NCBI GenBank assembly: GCA_016202305.1
Contig: JACQPB010000039.1
Span: 6,661 to 70,660, forward strand
Length of the DNA: 64,000 nt
DNA from: Candidatus Iainarchaeum sp.
Lineage (GTDB): Archaea > Iainarchaeota > Iainarchaeia > Iainarchaeales > Iainarchaeaceae
Direction of reading: 5' to 3'
Numbering within the stretch: the stretch's first letter is position 1; each line of letters starts with the position of its first letter. Below the pieces are notes generated by a model that was not told the origin of the DNA, did no database searches, and saw nothing but the letters and a program-made list of their open reading frames with translations. Shown here piece after piece: positions 18,924-27,196 of the stretch. The translations under genes and the position numbers were made by a program.

Positions 18924-19206
18924 AAGGCTTTAAGGGAAGTCGGCTTTGGCAATGGACGAAGAAGCCATACTTTCCGCTCCTTTGGCCACCCTGAAAAACA
19001 ACCGTTTCGGCGGTTGGGAGCGACCCGGTGCCCATTGGGCACTGGGCCTCGTACCTGAAGGTACAAGGCGGCTATCTCGGCTTGGGCCGAGATAGGCCAT
19101 ATAATGAAGGATTACTATGAAAAATCCTGCTTTTTCGGCGTTTGCCGTGTATGCCCGGCAAAACCAAGCAGGAGCACACCGGAACAAAAGTCAACTATTA
19201 AGCCCT
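18924..19206 (+). ncRNA. rnpB: candidate RNase P RNA (reduced, type-A-like)
   Basis: 5' GGCUUUAAGGGAAGUCGGC (compare universal GAGGAAAGUCC). …CCAUAUAAUGAAGGA… (compare CCUAGAUGAAUGA). 3' GGAACAAAAGUCAACUAUUAAGCC (compare ACAGAA…GGCUUA), where UUAAGCC can pair with the 5' GGCUU(U)AA as P1. Perfect hairpins at 19028-19042, 19051-19064 and 19072-19095. No credible ORF. Confidence 0.5.
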
Positions 19207-19511
19207 GGACCCGATGGCCGAACCGTTTACCAGCAGCCTCCATTAAGCCCATTAAAGTCACATAATGAACCGCCAGTGCATATTACTGGCCACCACCGGC
19301 ATTATATATTCATATTATAGAAATTGGAGCTTTGGGGGTCTGAGCAGGAATATACTCCCGCCCCCAAAAAAGCCAAAAAGACCAAAAAGCCCAGGCTGTT
19401 TGCACTTGGCGGCCCAACCAGATTTGCGGGAAATGACCAAATGGCGACCACCCCTCCCCTGCAATACATGGCCTTCGCAAAACAAGGGCCTTGTGCCTCA
19501 AAACAGGAAAA

Positions 19512-20183
19512 TCAGCCTTTGGGCGAGTAAAGCGACTTCGAAAAGCTCGCCAATTCGTCCTTCGCCATGGACTTAAGCATCTCGTTGTTATAGGCCTGTA
19601 TCATGTCGGCCATTTCCATGAGCGCATCCTGCAAATCATCCATTGGAATGGTAATCTTCGCGGGCTTGAGCACCTCGACAGAAGTCGGCCCATAAAAGTA
19701 CATGAACCGCACGATTGACGAAAAATCCTTTATGCTGAGGTTCACGTCAAGGTAAGCGGTGTAATGCGAGCCGTCCTTTATCGGCTCGGCACGGATAACG
19801 TCATAAACCGTGAAATTCTTCTCCTTCCTGAGGCCGGCCTCGATGCCAGCCATCTGCTTCCTGAGGAACGCCTCCTCGACGCCCTTCGCCTCGAGCGTGG
19901 CCTTCAGGCGCAGGTCAAAAGGGTCCTTCTCCTGAATCTCCTTGCGCCTCTTGACAGCATCAACGACAGCGTCAGCCAGATGGTAGCGCTGCGGATAGCC
20001 CTCAAGCCTGAGAAGCTTAAGCCTGACCATGTGCTTCAGGCTCTCGTTGAGCTCATCGAAAGGGATGCCGAGCTGCCTGTTAAGCTCCTCCGCGGTCTTC
20101 GGCGCATGCAGCAGGAGCACTGCAATCCTCTTCTGGTCAGGGGTAAAACGGGCCACGCGGAAAACCAAGCAAAATACAGCCAC
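19512..20183 (-). CDS. hypothetical protein with an N-terminal winged-HTH-like domain (223 aa)
   Basis: …QKRIAVLLLHAPKTAEELNRQLGIPFDELNESLKHMVRLKLLRLEG… looks like a wHTH. The rest is unassigned. GTG start. Confidence 0.5.
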   Translation of the reverse strand: MAVFCLVFRVARFTPDQKRIAVLLLHAPKTAEELNRQLGIPFDELNESLKHMVRLKLLRLEGYPQRYHLADAVVDAVKRRKEIQEKDPFDLRLKATLEAKGVEEAFLRKQMAGIEAGLRKEKNFTVYDVIRAEPIKDGSHYTAYLDVNLSIKDFSSIVRFMYFYGPTSVEVLKPAKITIPMDDLQDALMEMADMIQAYNNEMLKSMAKDELASFSKSLYSPKG

Positions 20184-20413
20184 AATGATATATAATAGTC
20201 TTTTTAGGGCTTTGGGACGGAAAAAGATAGTGACCTGACAGTGCCAATCAAAACCCTCAAAGCCAAGGACATTTTCGGCAAGCTCAAGATGAAAAAGCCA
20301 ATAGCGGAACTGATGACGGAAATAGACACTGAGCTTGATTCCAGATTCGGGAAGTGAACAACCAGAAGGGCAGACGTGCCCTATAAATTCCTTTCAAGCA
20401 TAATTTACTTGCC

Positions 20414-21691
20414 ATGAAAGAATACAACCTCGACCTGCAAATCCACGGAAAATACGCCGGCGGAGTCAGCAAGAACATGGAAATACCGACAATGGCAGAG
20501 CAGGCAAGGCTCAAGGGCCTCGACGTGCTAGTGACCGGCGACATACTCCACGCGAAATGGGCCGAGCACGTGAAGAAAAGCATCGAAGAGGAAAGCAACG
20601 GCATTTACCGCGACAGGGAAGGCAAGTGCGGCTTCATAATCGGCGGCGAAATAGAGGACAACAAGAGGATACACCACCTCTTCTACATGCCATCGCTCGA
20701 AAGCGCGCAGGAATTGCGCGGAAAAATCCTCGGAACAGGGGCATTAGACTGCGTGATGTGCGGGCGCCCGAAACTCAGGCTGACAGCAGAGCAGTTCGCC
20801 GAGCGCGTCCATGATGCAGGAGGCATATTCGGGCCGGCCCACTCGTTCACCCCTTACACCGGAGTATACGCATTCTTCGACTCCCTGAAAGACGCCTACG
20901 GAGGAATGCACAGGCACCTGAGCTTCATAGAGCTCGGGCTTTCGGCTGACACCGACATGGCCGACACCATTTCGGAAAACCACGGCTACTCGTTCCTGAC
21001 AAGCAGTGATGCACATTCGCCCTGGCCCAACCGCATAGGGCGCGAATTCATGCGCACGAAAATGGACGAGCCAGGATTCAATGGCCTCAAGAAAGCCTTC
21101 GCGGACAGGGAAGGCGGCACGATAACGCTCAACGCCGGCCTCGACCCGCGCGAAGGCAAGTACCACTGCACGGCATGCAACTCGTGCTTCTCGAAATACT
21201 CGATGGCGCAGGCGGAGCAGGCAAAATGGAAATGCCTGAAGTGCGGCGGCCCTGTCAAGCGCGGCGTGCGCGACAGGATTGCGATGCTCGCGGACACGCC
21301 CGAAGGGAAACACCCCGCATTCAGGCCGAAGTACATGCACCTGCTCCCGCTCGCGGAAATAATACAGCTCGCCACCGGCGCGAAAGGCGTGCAAACCAAG
21401 GCCGTGCAGTCGCGGTGGATAAGCGTCGTGGAAAAATTCGGGAACGAGATAAACGCGCTCGTGGACGCAAAGGAAAGCGAACTGATTGAAGCCGACAGGG
21501 AAGTGGGGGAAAACATAGCGGCATTCAGGAAAGGCCTCGTCCTCTACATACCCGGAGGCGGCGGAGAATACGGCAGGCCAATAATATGCCGCACGCAGGA
21601 AGAGCTCGAAAGGAAGAAAAACGAGCTGAAGAAAGAGCTGAGCGGGATATCCGAAATAGCGCAGCAGAGCACGCTGGGCCGATTCGCGTGA
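20414..21691 (+). CDS. PHP-domain/zinc-finger protein of the endonuclease Q (TIGR00375) type
   Basis: DLQIHGKYAGGVSK…, GPAHSFTPYTG, ELGLSADTDMAD, SSDAHSPWPNRIGREF, NAGLDPREGKYHCTAC…WKCLKCGGPVKRGVRDRI, as I remember them from Pyrococcus EndoQ. Confidence 0.65.
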   Translation: MKEYNLDLQIHGKYAGGVSKNMEIPTMAEQARLKGLDVLVTGDILHAKWAEHVKKSIEEESNGIYRDREGKCGFIIGGEIEDNKRIHHLFYMPSLESAQELRGKILGTGALDCVMCGRPKLRLTAEQFAERVHDAGGIFGPAHSFTPYTGVYAFFDSLKDAYGGMHRHLSFIELGLSADTDMADTISENHGYSFLTSSDAHSPWPNRIGREFMRTKMDEPGFNGLKKAFADREGGTITLNAGLDPREGKYHCTACNSCFSKYSMAQAEQAKWKCLKCGGPVKRGVRDRIAMLADTPEGKHPAFRPKYMHLLPLAEIIQLATGAKGVQTKAVQSRWISVVEKFGNEINALVDAKESELIEADREVGENIAAFRKGLVLYIPGGGGEYGRPIICRTQEELERKKNELKKELSGISEIAQQSTLGRFA

Positions 21692-21757
21692 AAATTCATG
21701 GCAAACCACGGAAACCGGCGGATTTCCAGACAACACTACGCTTGAAACAAGCCCTAT

Positions 21758-21982
21758 TTAATGACCCAAGGCACTCCTAATTTTACGCACAAGGAGATCA
21801 TCCCAAGCGGCCCCTTTAGAGTTGAGCATTTGCACTATTTGCGCATCAGTTATTTGGCCACGTTTACCTTCCAATTCTGAAAAAACTTTGCCAGCTATTC
21901 GCAGGGTATTTTCCGAATACGGGTCGCCATGCTCATACTTGTCCTCTCTGGCCCTTTGGAATCTGGGATGAGGCAAAGGCAT
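21758..21982 (-). CDS. small hypothetical protein (74 aa from MPLPHPRF…)
   Basis: Internal ATG with GGAG 4 nt upstream. The longer 149-aa reading has an implausible N-terminus. Confidence 0.3.
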   Translation of the reverse strand: MPLPHPRFQRAREDKYEHGDPYSENTLRIAGKVFSELEGKRGQITDAQIVQMLNSKGAAWDDLLVRKIRSALGH

Positions 21983-22260
21983 AAAACTCCGTTGAATATA
22001 CGTATTTCCAGAATTTAAGCTTATTGCGGGCCTTATGGCCTTCAGGAACCCGCCCTTCCGGCCTTGCCTGCATTTCACGCCCCCGGAACCGGAAAAAGAA
22101 TTTGCCGAGCATTGGAACCAAATTTTCGGAAAATTCGGAAAAGGGAAGAAGAAAAATGAATAAACAGTGCAGCACCAAAAGCCTGTTTGCCATCCCACCA
22201 AATGCAATATGCCCCACGGAGCGGGGATTTACCAACCGCGCGGGAGCGCAAATATGAATG

Positions 22261-22342
22261 TGTTATGTAGAAGTCAGCTATACGACGATTTTTGACAGGC
22301 CAGTAGCGGAAACCGACAAGAAAACACCACTTCTACATAACA
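22261..22342. repeat. perfect 14-bp inverted repeat with a 54-nt spacer
   Basis: TGTTATGTAGAAGT (22261-22274) and ACTTCTACATAACA (22329-22342). Confidence 0.8.
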
Positions 22343-22479
22343 GCATCTTGTTCGGGGCAGGCCAACACAAACCCGTGCAACACCAACCCGCCAAAAAAAC
22401 ATGGCATGCCCAACACACGGATAACCAAGGGCCGCACTGGCGGCATCAAGGCCCTGAAACTATATAGCAGTTAAGGGCT

Positions 22480-22584
22480 GTTGGTGACATCAAGGTGCAA
22501 GCTGGTGACAAGCGAAACCAGGTTGGTGACATGAAAATGTGCGCTAGTGGCAAAAAAGGCCCATTTCACGGAGCGCTGGTGACA
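22480..22584. repeat. iteron-like array: five G(C/T)TGGTGACA-type boxes, four of them at exact 21-bp spacing
   Basis: Cores at 22482, 22503, 22524, 22545 (variant TAGTGGCA) and 22577. Only the ~10-nt core is conserved. An A+T-rich stretch (CTATTATAATATGATGATTT) follows. Confidence 0.7.
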
Positions 22585-22848
22585 AATCTGCTATTATAAT
22601 ATGATGATTTCCTGTTAACGTGCAGCGGAAAAAAAGCCGTGAAAAGAGGCCAATTATTCTCCCGCTCCGCACACGATTTTACAACGCTCCAACAGCACGG
22701 AAACAGGGAAAACGAAAGCTGCGGCTCTGTGGCCAAAATAGAAGCGGCGCCTTCCCACCAGCCGGCATTCAGGAAAAAAGAATCGGTTGGCACATAAATC
22801 AGGCGCTACTAGCGGCCTTCGGACTTGTTCTTTCCCCGCTTTATTACT

Positions 22849-23094
22849 TTACGCGCTACTCCCTTTAGGGCGGCTGGGATATTTTGAACCAGGGTACGGA
22901 GTACTAGCCTTAAGTGCATTTATAGGTGTTTTTGAAAGCTGGACAATCAGGCCTTGCTTAGTGCGTTTGATTTGTTTTATTGGGAGCATAACTTTTTTGC
23001 CTTTGGCCGTTACATATGGCACATTAGGAGAAATACGCAAGCGCCTAGGAGTGCCCTTAGGAACTACATGGGCAGGGGGTTTCGTAGGCTTCAT
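22849..23094 (-). CDS. hypothetical very basic Lys/Pro-rich protein (81 aa)
   Basis: The ORF starts 31 nt downstream of the PAC2-like gene on the same strand. It could instead be a shadow of the overlapping plus-strand ORF. Confidence 0.3.
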   Translation of the reverse strand: MKPTKPPAHVVPKGTPRRLRISPNVPYVTAKGKKVMLPIKQIKRTKQGLIVQLSKTPINALKASTPYPGSKYPSRPKGSSA

Positions 23095-23125
23095 AGTTAA
23101 CAGTACGATTCCCGGCTATTTAAAT

Positions 23126-23902
23126 TTACCGCACATAAGAAAGGCTCGACGAATTGTCATCAGGCTCGTCGAACTGCTTCGTGAGGTCGGCAAAGGCCTT
23201 CTCTATGTCCTTGGCCTCCTTCTCCATCTGCGCCATCTCCACCTTGAAGCCGTACTTCGCAATCAGCATCTCCAGGACTTTCTTTGCGGCCCCTGGGTCG
23301 CCGTACACGAGCCGCGAATTTGTCTCGCCCATGAGGCAGGCGCCCTCGATGCCCTCCTCCCTCCCGATGCCTAGCAAAAGCCCCGCAACACCGCTGATGA
23401 GGCCCACGGGCTTGTCGCTGATTGCCCCGAGCTTCTTCCACTCCTCGAGCTTCTTCTTGCTAGTAGCCGCAACCACTACGCGCGGCTCGAAATGCATCCG
23501 CCTGTCGCCGACATTGATGCCTGCGAGCGTGCAAATCTCGGTGACGCCACGCCCCTTCACCGCGGCAACGATGGCCCGCGCAAACTCGAAGTGCTCCTCC
23601 ATGGAGCCGGCGCGCGAATCAAGCGCAGGCTGCACCGGCCCGGAAAGGAAAACGAAATCCTTCTTCCCGAAACTGACGCAATGCAACTCGTCCTTGATGA
23701 GCCCGACGATGCCATCGCTCGTCTGCACGCTCGGCGGGAAAAAATCTGAAGTTACCTCCGCGACCTTCTCAGCCTTGAACTGCCTCAGCATATAGTCAAC
23801 GCAGATTTTGCCCACGAGGCCTATCCCCGGAAGACCGGTGAAAAGCACGGCATCCCTGAAACGCACATCCTTCGAAAACCTGATTGCGGTCGGCACAAAC
23901 AT
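23126..23902 (-). CDS. PAC2-family (archaeal proteasome-assembly-chaperone-like) protein
   Basis: …AVLFTGLPGIGLVGKICVDYM…, …VFLSGPVQP…, …ISGVAGLLLGIGREEGIEGACLMGET…, characteristic of PAC2/DUF75 proteins. Confidence 0.7.
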   Translation of the reverse strand: MFVPTAIRFSKDVRFRDAVLFTGLPGIGLVGKICVDYMLRQFKAEKVAEVTSDFFPPSVQTSDGIVGLIKDELHCVSFGKKDFVFLSGPVQPALDSRAGSMEEHFEFARAIVAAVKGRGVTEICTLAGINVGDRRMHFEPRVVVAATSKKKLEEWKKLGAISDKPVGLISGVAGLLLGIGREEGIEGACLMGETNSRLVYGDPGAAKKVLEMLIAKYGFKVEMAQMEKEAKDIEKAFADLTKQFDEPDDNSSSLSYVR

Positions 23903-24064
23903 TCACTTCCCAGCCTTTACCTCGATTACCATGCCGACATAGGCACAGGCATTGCACGAATACTTCGGGTTCAGCCCGAACGCGTCATTGTCGTCCCCGG
24001 AAAAAACCCTGACATCCGGCGAACGGCAGCGCATGCATACCTTGACAAACCCATCACGCGCCAA
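23903..24064 (-). CDS. small zinc-ribbon protein (~53 aa, TTG start assumed)
   Basis: Hand-translated: (L)ARDGFVKVCMRCRSPDVRVFSGDDNDAFGLNPKYSCNACAYVGMVIEVKAGK, with CxxC…CxxC. It fills the gap between aIF2-alpha and the PAC2-like gene. The start codon is uncertain. Confidence 0.35.
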   Translation of the reverse strand: MARDGFVKVCMRCRSPDVRVFSGDDNDAFGLNPKYSCNACAYVGMVIEVKAGK

Positions 24065-24069
24065 CCAAC

Positions 24070-24846
24070 TCACCCCGCCTCGACCTTCTCGAACCCTGCC
24101 TTTCCGCCGAATGACAAAGCGGCTGAAATGACCTCGTCCGAAACCGCCTTCAGCACCTTCTCCGCACTCTTGTAATCCACGGAAGTCACCTTCACGGCAT
24201 ACATGCCGGAACCCTCGTAGAAAATCTGCACCTTCTTCCCGCCCTTCCTCTGCCCCGCGGCCAGCGACTTCTTCACGCCCTCAACTCCCTCCGGCCCGGC
24301 AACCGAAACTGAAAGGCGGCCCCTCACGGCCTTCTCCGGCATCTCGAAATTGCTCTCAACGAGCTCAATGAGCGGCCCGACCCACTTCTTCGGCACGTCA
24401 CCGGCTGCCGGCTCGCCATCGACAAGCAGCTTCTGGAAAGCCCCGTACAGCGAATCATACTTCTGCAGCAGCGGCTCCGCGACCTCGCTCCACGCGCTCT
24501 CCGGCGAGCCACCGACCTTCTGCGCGAGCATCTCTATAAGCTTCTGCGCCCTCTTCCCCTGCTTGTACTCCTCAATCTTCGACCTCTGCGCATTCGGCGA
24601 AATCTTCGTGAGGGAAATGTCCACCTGCTTCTTGTGTCTGTCAAGCCCTATGACCTTGCCCGCGCGGATCTGGCCCTCCTTGACGAAATTCCTGATGTTC
24701 TTCACCCAGCTCGAACTAACATTTGAGATGTGCACGAAGCCCTGCAGGCCCTCGTACTCGAGCAGCTCCACGAACACGCCGTAATCCAGCACCTTGGAAA
24801 TGCGGCCAATCACTATCTCGCCATGCTCGGGAAAATCATCAGACAA
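24070..24846 (-). CDS. eif2a: translation initiation factor aIF2 alpha subunit
   Basis: S1 domain: PEHGEIVIGRISKVLDYGVFVELLEYEGLQGFVHISNVSSSWVKNIRNFVKEGQ…, with a typical length of 258 aa. Confidence 0.9.
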   Translation of the reverse strand: MSDDFPEHGEIVIGRISKVLDYGVFVELLEYEGLQGFVHISNVSSSWVKNIRNFVKEGQIRAGKVIGLDRHKKQVDISLTKISPNAQRSKIEEYKQGKRAQKLIEMLAQKVGGSPESAWSEVAEPLLQKYDSLYGAFQKLLVDGEPAAGDVPKKWVGPLIELVESNFEMPEKAVRGRLSVSVAGPEGVEGVKKSLAAGQRKGGKKVQIFYEGSGMYAVKVTSVDYKSAEKVLKAVSDEVISAALSFGGKAGFEKVEAG

Positions 24847-24873
24847 AAAACAACACCGCCAAAAACACGCGAC

Positions 24874-25425
24874 TCATGACCTGACCTCTGCGAGCTTCCG
24901 CGCAGAAAGCAGCTTTGCGACCTTCAGGGGCAAAATCACGACCCTGCCCTTCTGGAAAGGCCCGTACTCCTGCATGTCAGCACCCACAAAGCCGGGCACG
25001 TCAGAGAGAATCTCGACGGAAAGGGTATTTAAATCCTTCCCGGAATCCGGCGCGGAATCGCCGGAAAATATGCCGGAAAGCAGCTTCCCGTGCTCATTCA
25101 GCAAACCGAGAAACTCGCGGTAAAGCTTCCTCTCCTGCACGGCCATGCCCTCCTCCCCGCCCTCGCTCGTGCGCGAAGCGACAAGCGCCCTGTTCATTAT
25201 CTTCTTCGTCCGCAGCGCAAAAATCTCCTCGACCATCTTCTTGAGGTTCGTGAAATCGCGCGCCTTTGTCGAGGAAAGGTCCCGCAGGGAATCGAGATAG
25301 CCCTTCTTCTCGCCCACTATGAAAGAATGCAGGTCATTATAGAACTCGTTGCCCACATCCACGAGCTTCGAGGAATTCTTCTCAAGGCGATGAATCCGCC
25401 GCACCTCATCATAATCCAGCTCCAT
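24874..25425 (-). CDS. GINS-like replication factor subunit (Gins51/15-type)
   Basis: Start (25425) directly abuts the priS stop codon (25426-25428), an arrangement known in archaea. …YDEVRRIHRLEKNSSKLVDVGNEFYNDLHSFI… resembles the GINS A-domain. The identification is by context and pattern only. Confidence 0.5.
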   Translation of the reverse strand: MELDYDEVRRIHRLEKNSSKLVDVGNEFYNDLHSFIVGEKKGYLDSLRDLSSTKARDFTNLKKMVEEIFALRTKKIMNRALVASRTSEGGEEGMAVQERKLYREFLGLLNEHGKLLSGIFSGDSAPDSGKDLNTLSVEILSDVPGFVGADMQEYGPFQKGRVVILPLKVAKLLSARKLAEVRS

Positions 25426-26751
25426 TCAAACCCCTCCCGGCACCGCCACGCCACTGCCGGAAACCCCTGAAAGCGAGGCGCTGCCCCTCGCCAGCAGGTA
25501 AAAAGCCGCAAAAGCCGGAAGCACCGCGCCTTCGCCGCCGAACGGCCCGAAAAACTTCCCACCGAGGTAAAACCTCGGCGCGACCGCGGAGGCAAGGGAA
25601 ACGTCGCCGGAAGGCAGGGCAAGGCACTCGTCGAGCGGCGCGAAACCCTTCAGGCCATCGACAGCAACCTCCTCCGCAAGAAGCCCCGTGGAGCCATGAA
25701 TCGTCCCGGGAACCCGCACAATCTTGTTTATGTCCACGGAAGTCTGCCTGTCGACCTCCAGCGTATCCATGTTCGTTTTCCGCAAGGTGGGCTCGACCTT
25801 TAAATCGGCGACAATGCAGGCCATGCACGATTTCCAGAACCTGTTCGTCGGAACTTCTTTTGTAGAAAACGCGAGCAAACCTTTGTCCATATGAGAAAGT
25901 ATCCTATGCTTTTCTTTTAATAGCTTCTTAGCCGAGGATTCCCTGATTCCACCCATCAACCCGAGCCTTGACGCGTCCCCGGACTCGAAAACCCTCTCGA
26001 ACTCCGCCAATATCCTCTTCGCCCACCCGCTCGCGCCTGACTTTTTAGGGCAGACAAAAAAACCCGACTCCCTGTTCTCCTTCCCCCTGCCCGCAACATA
26101 CGAGAACCCCAGCGAATCCATGTCAAGGCCTGTCGCGGTAAGATAATCAAGCAGCTCGAGCCTCGCGGACCTTGAAAGGCCCTGCACTTCACCCGACCGC
26201 ACATGTATGTGGAAGCCCTTGCTGCCAGAAAAATTCACGGCGATGCCGCCCGAAAGCCCGAAATCGTCCTGCAGGAAAGAAATCAGCCTCAGCGACTGCC
26301 TCTTCGCCTCCCCGAGACACTCAGGGCAAACCCACTCCTCGACATCGGCCGCGGAGCCGCACTTGCTGCACCTGAGCGCCCTCCCGGCCCCGGAAGCGCC
26401 GCACGATTCCGACCTGCATTTCCACGAATCGTGGGATTTCTTGCAATCCGTAGGCAGCTCGTCCGCATCAAACTCGTAGATTAGGTCCGCGCCGAGCATC
26501 CGCTTGGCCTCCATCGGCCTCGCAGAAGGAAGCTCGTACCTCGCGCACGAATACGAAATGTAGAAAGGCGCCTTCTCGCGCAGGAAAGAATTCATCTCAG
26601 CATGCGAACGGAAAGAAAGGTGGCGCGCCGAAATCTTCCTCCCGAAATCGCCTATCCCGAACTCCCGCATGGAAACGTCAGGCACGGAATTTATCTCCCG
26701 CGAAGAGTAAAAACCGCGCAGGAGCCCCCTGAGGAAAACCTCCGCCCCCAT
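25426..26751 (-). CDS. priS: DNA primase small (catalytic) subunit PriS
   Basis: …MREFGIGDFGRKISARHLSF…APFYISYSCARYE…GADLIYEFDADE…VNFSGSKGFHIHVR…IVRVPGTIHGSTGL. There is a Cys cluster. ATG at 26751 is preferred over the 26835 extension. Confidence 0.85.
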   Translation of the reverse strand: MGAEVFLRGLLRGFYSSREINSVPDVSMREFGIGDFGRKISARHLSFRSHAEMNSFLREKAPFYISYSCARYELPSARPMEAKRMLGADLIYEFDADELPTDCKKSHDSWKCRSESCGASGAGRALRCSKCGSAADVEEWVCPECLGEAKRQSLRLISFLQDDFGLSGGIAVNFSGSKGFHIHVRSGEVQGLSRSARLELLDYLTATGLDMDSLGFSYVAGRGKENRESGFFVCPKKSGASGWAKRILAEFERVFESGDASRLGLMGGIRESSAKKLLKEKHRILSHMDKGLLAFSTKEVPTNRFWKSCMACIVADLKVEPTLRKTNMDTLEVDRQTSVDINKIVRVPGTIHGSTGLLAEEVAVDGLKGFAPLDECLALPSGDVSLASAVAPRFYLGGKFFGPFGGEGAVLPAFAAFYLLARGSASLSGVSGSGVAVPGGV

Positions 26752-26995
26752 GAAAAAGCACAGGGGAAAAACAGTTAATAAAGGAAACAGAAATGCCGGC
26801 ACGAAAAATGCCGGCAGCCGGGAAAGCCCCGGCACAAATTATAGCAAACAGAGAAAACAATCCGGCAAAATTCCCGTGTTCCTTGTCCCCCACTGGGGAC
26901 GAGGCTTAGCAGAGCTTTGCTCTGCCAAGTGCCATCTGTCAAACCGCGCCAAAAACAGAAAGGCTTTTCGCGGTTTGGTATTAAGGCAGTCGGAA

Positions 26996-27064
26996 TCATT
27001 TCCTCCTTTTCGACTTTCTTTTCTTGGCGGTCTTCCTCTTTGCCTTCTTCCTTTTTGCAGCCAT
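26996..27064 (-). CDS. 22-aa poly-basic micro-ORF (MAAKRKKAKRKTAKKRKSKRRK)
   Basis: Hand-translated. GGGAGGT lies 8 nt upstream of the ATG at 27064. It sits between the priL terminator-like T-runs and priS. Confidence 0.3.
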   Translation of the reverse strand: MAAKRKKAKRKTAKKRKSKRRK

Positions 27065-27153
27065 TTTGTTTACCTCCCGCAGAATATTCCGGAACTCTCC
27101 GAAAAAAAATCAGAAGTATTACGCGATGAGTGTATTTAAGCTTTTAGTTTCGC

Positions 27154-27191
27154 AAAAAAAATCGCCAGAAAAAAAATCGGAGGGAAAAAAA
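27154..27191 (-). terminator. three oligo-T tracts directly downstream of priL
   Basis: On the minus strand: T7 (27191-27185), T8 (27176-27169), T8 (27161-27154), starting 6 nt after the priL stop. Confidence 0.45.
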
Positions 27192-27196
27192 CCCCG

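Noticed and set aside
19207-19511. Remaining ~300 nt of the S-layer upstream gap, with hairpins (GCCAGT-N7-ACTGGC at 19273-19291) and a CAAAAAG-type mini-repeat. Checked for SRP RNA or other known ncRNA.
   Set aside because: I could not find the conserved SRP helix-8 or other diagnostic motifs by eye. There is too little evidence to call a feature, and it should be scanned with Rfam models.
22480-22584. Considered whether the 21-bp periodic array is a CRISPR array
   Set aside because: Only a ~10-nt core is conserved, the period is far too short for repeat plus spacer, and no cas genes occur in the window.
22787-23374. 195-aa plus-strand ORF with TM-like segments
   Set aside because: It would overlap the 3' end of the PAC2-like gene by ~250 nt on the opposite strand. 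I kept the minus-strand 81-aa ORF instead, at low confidence. Neither is well supported.
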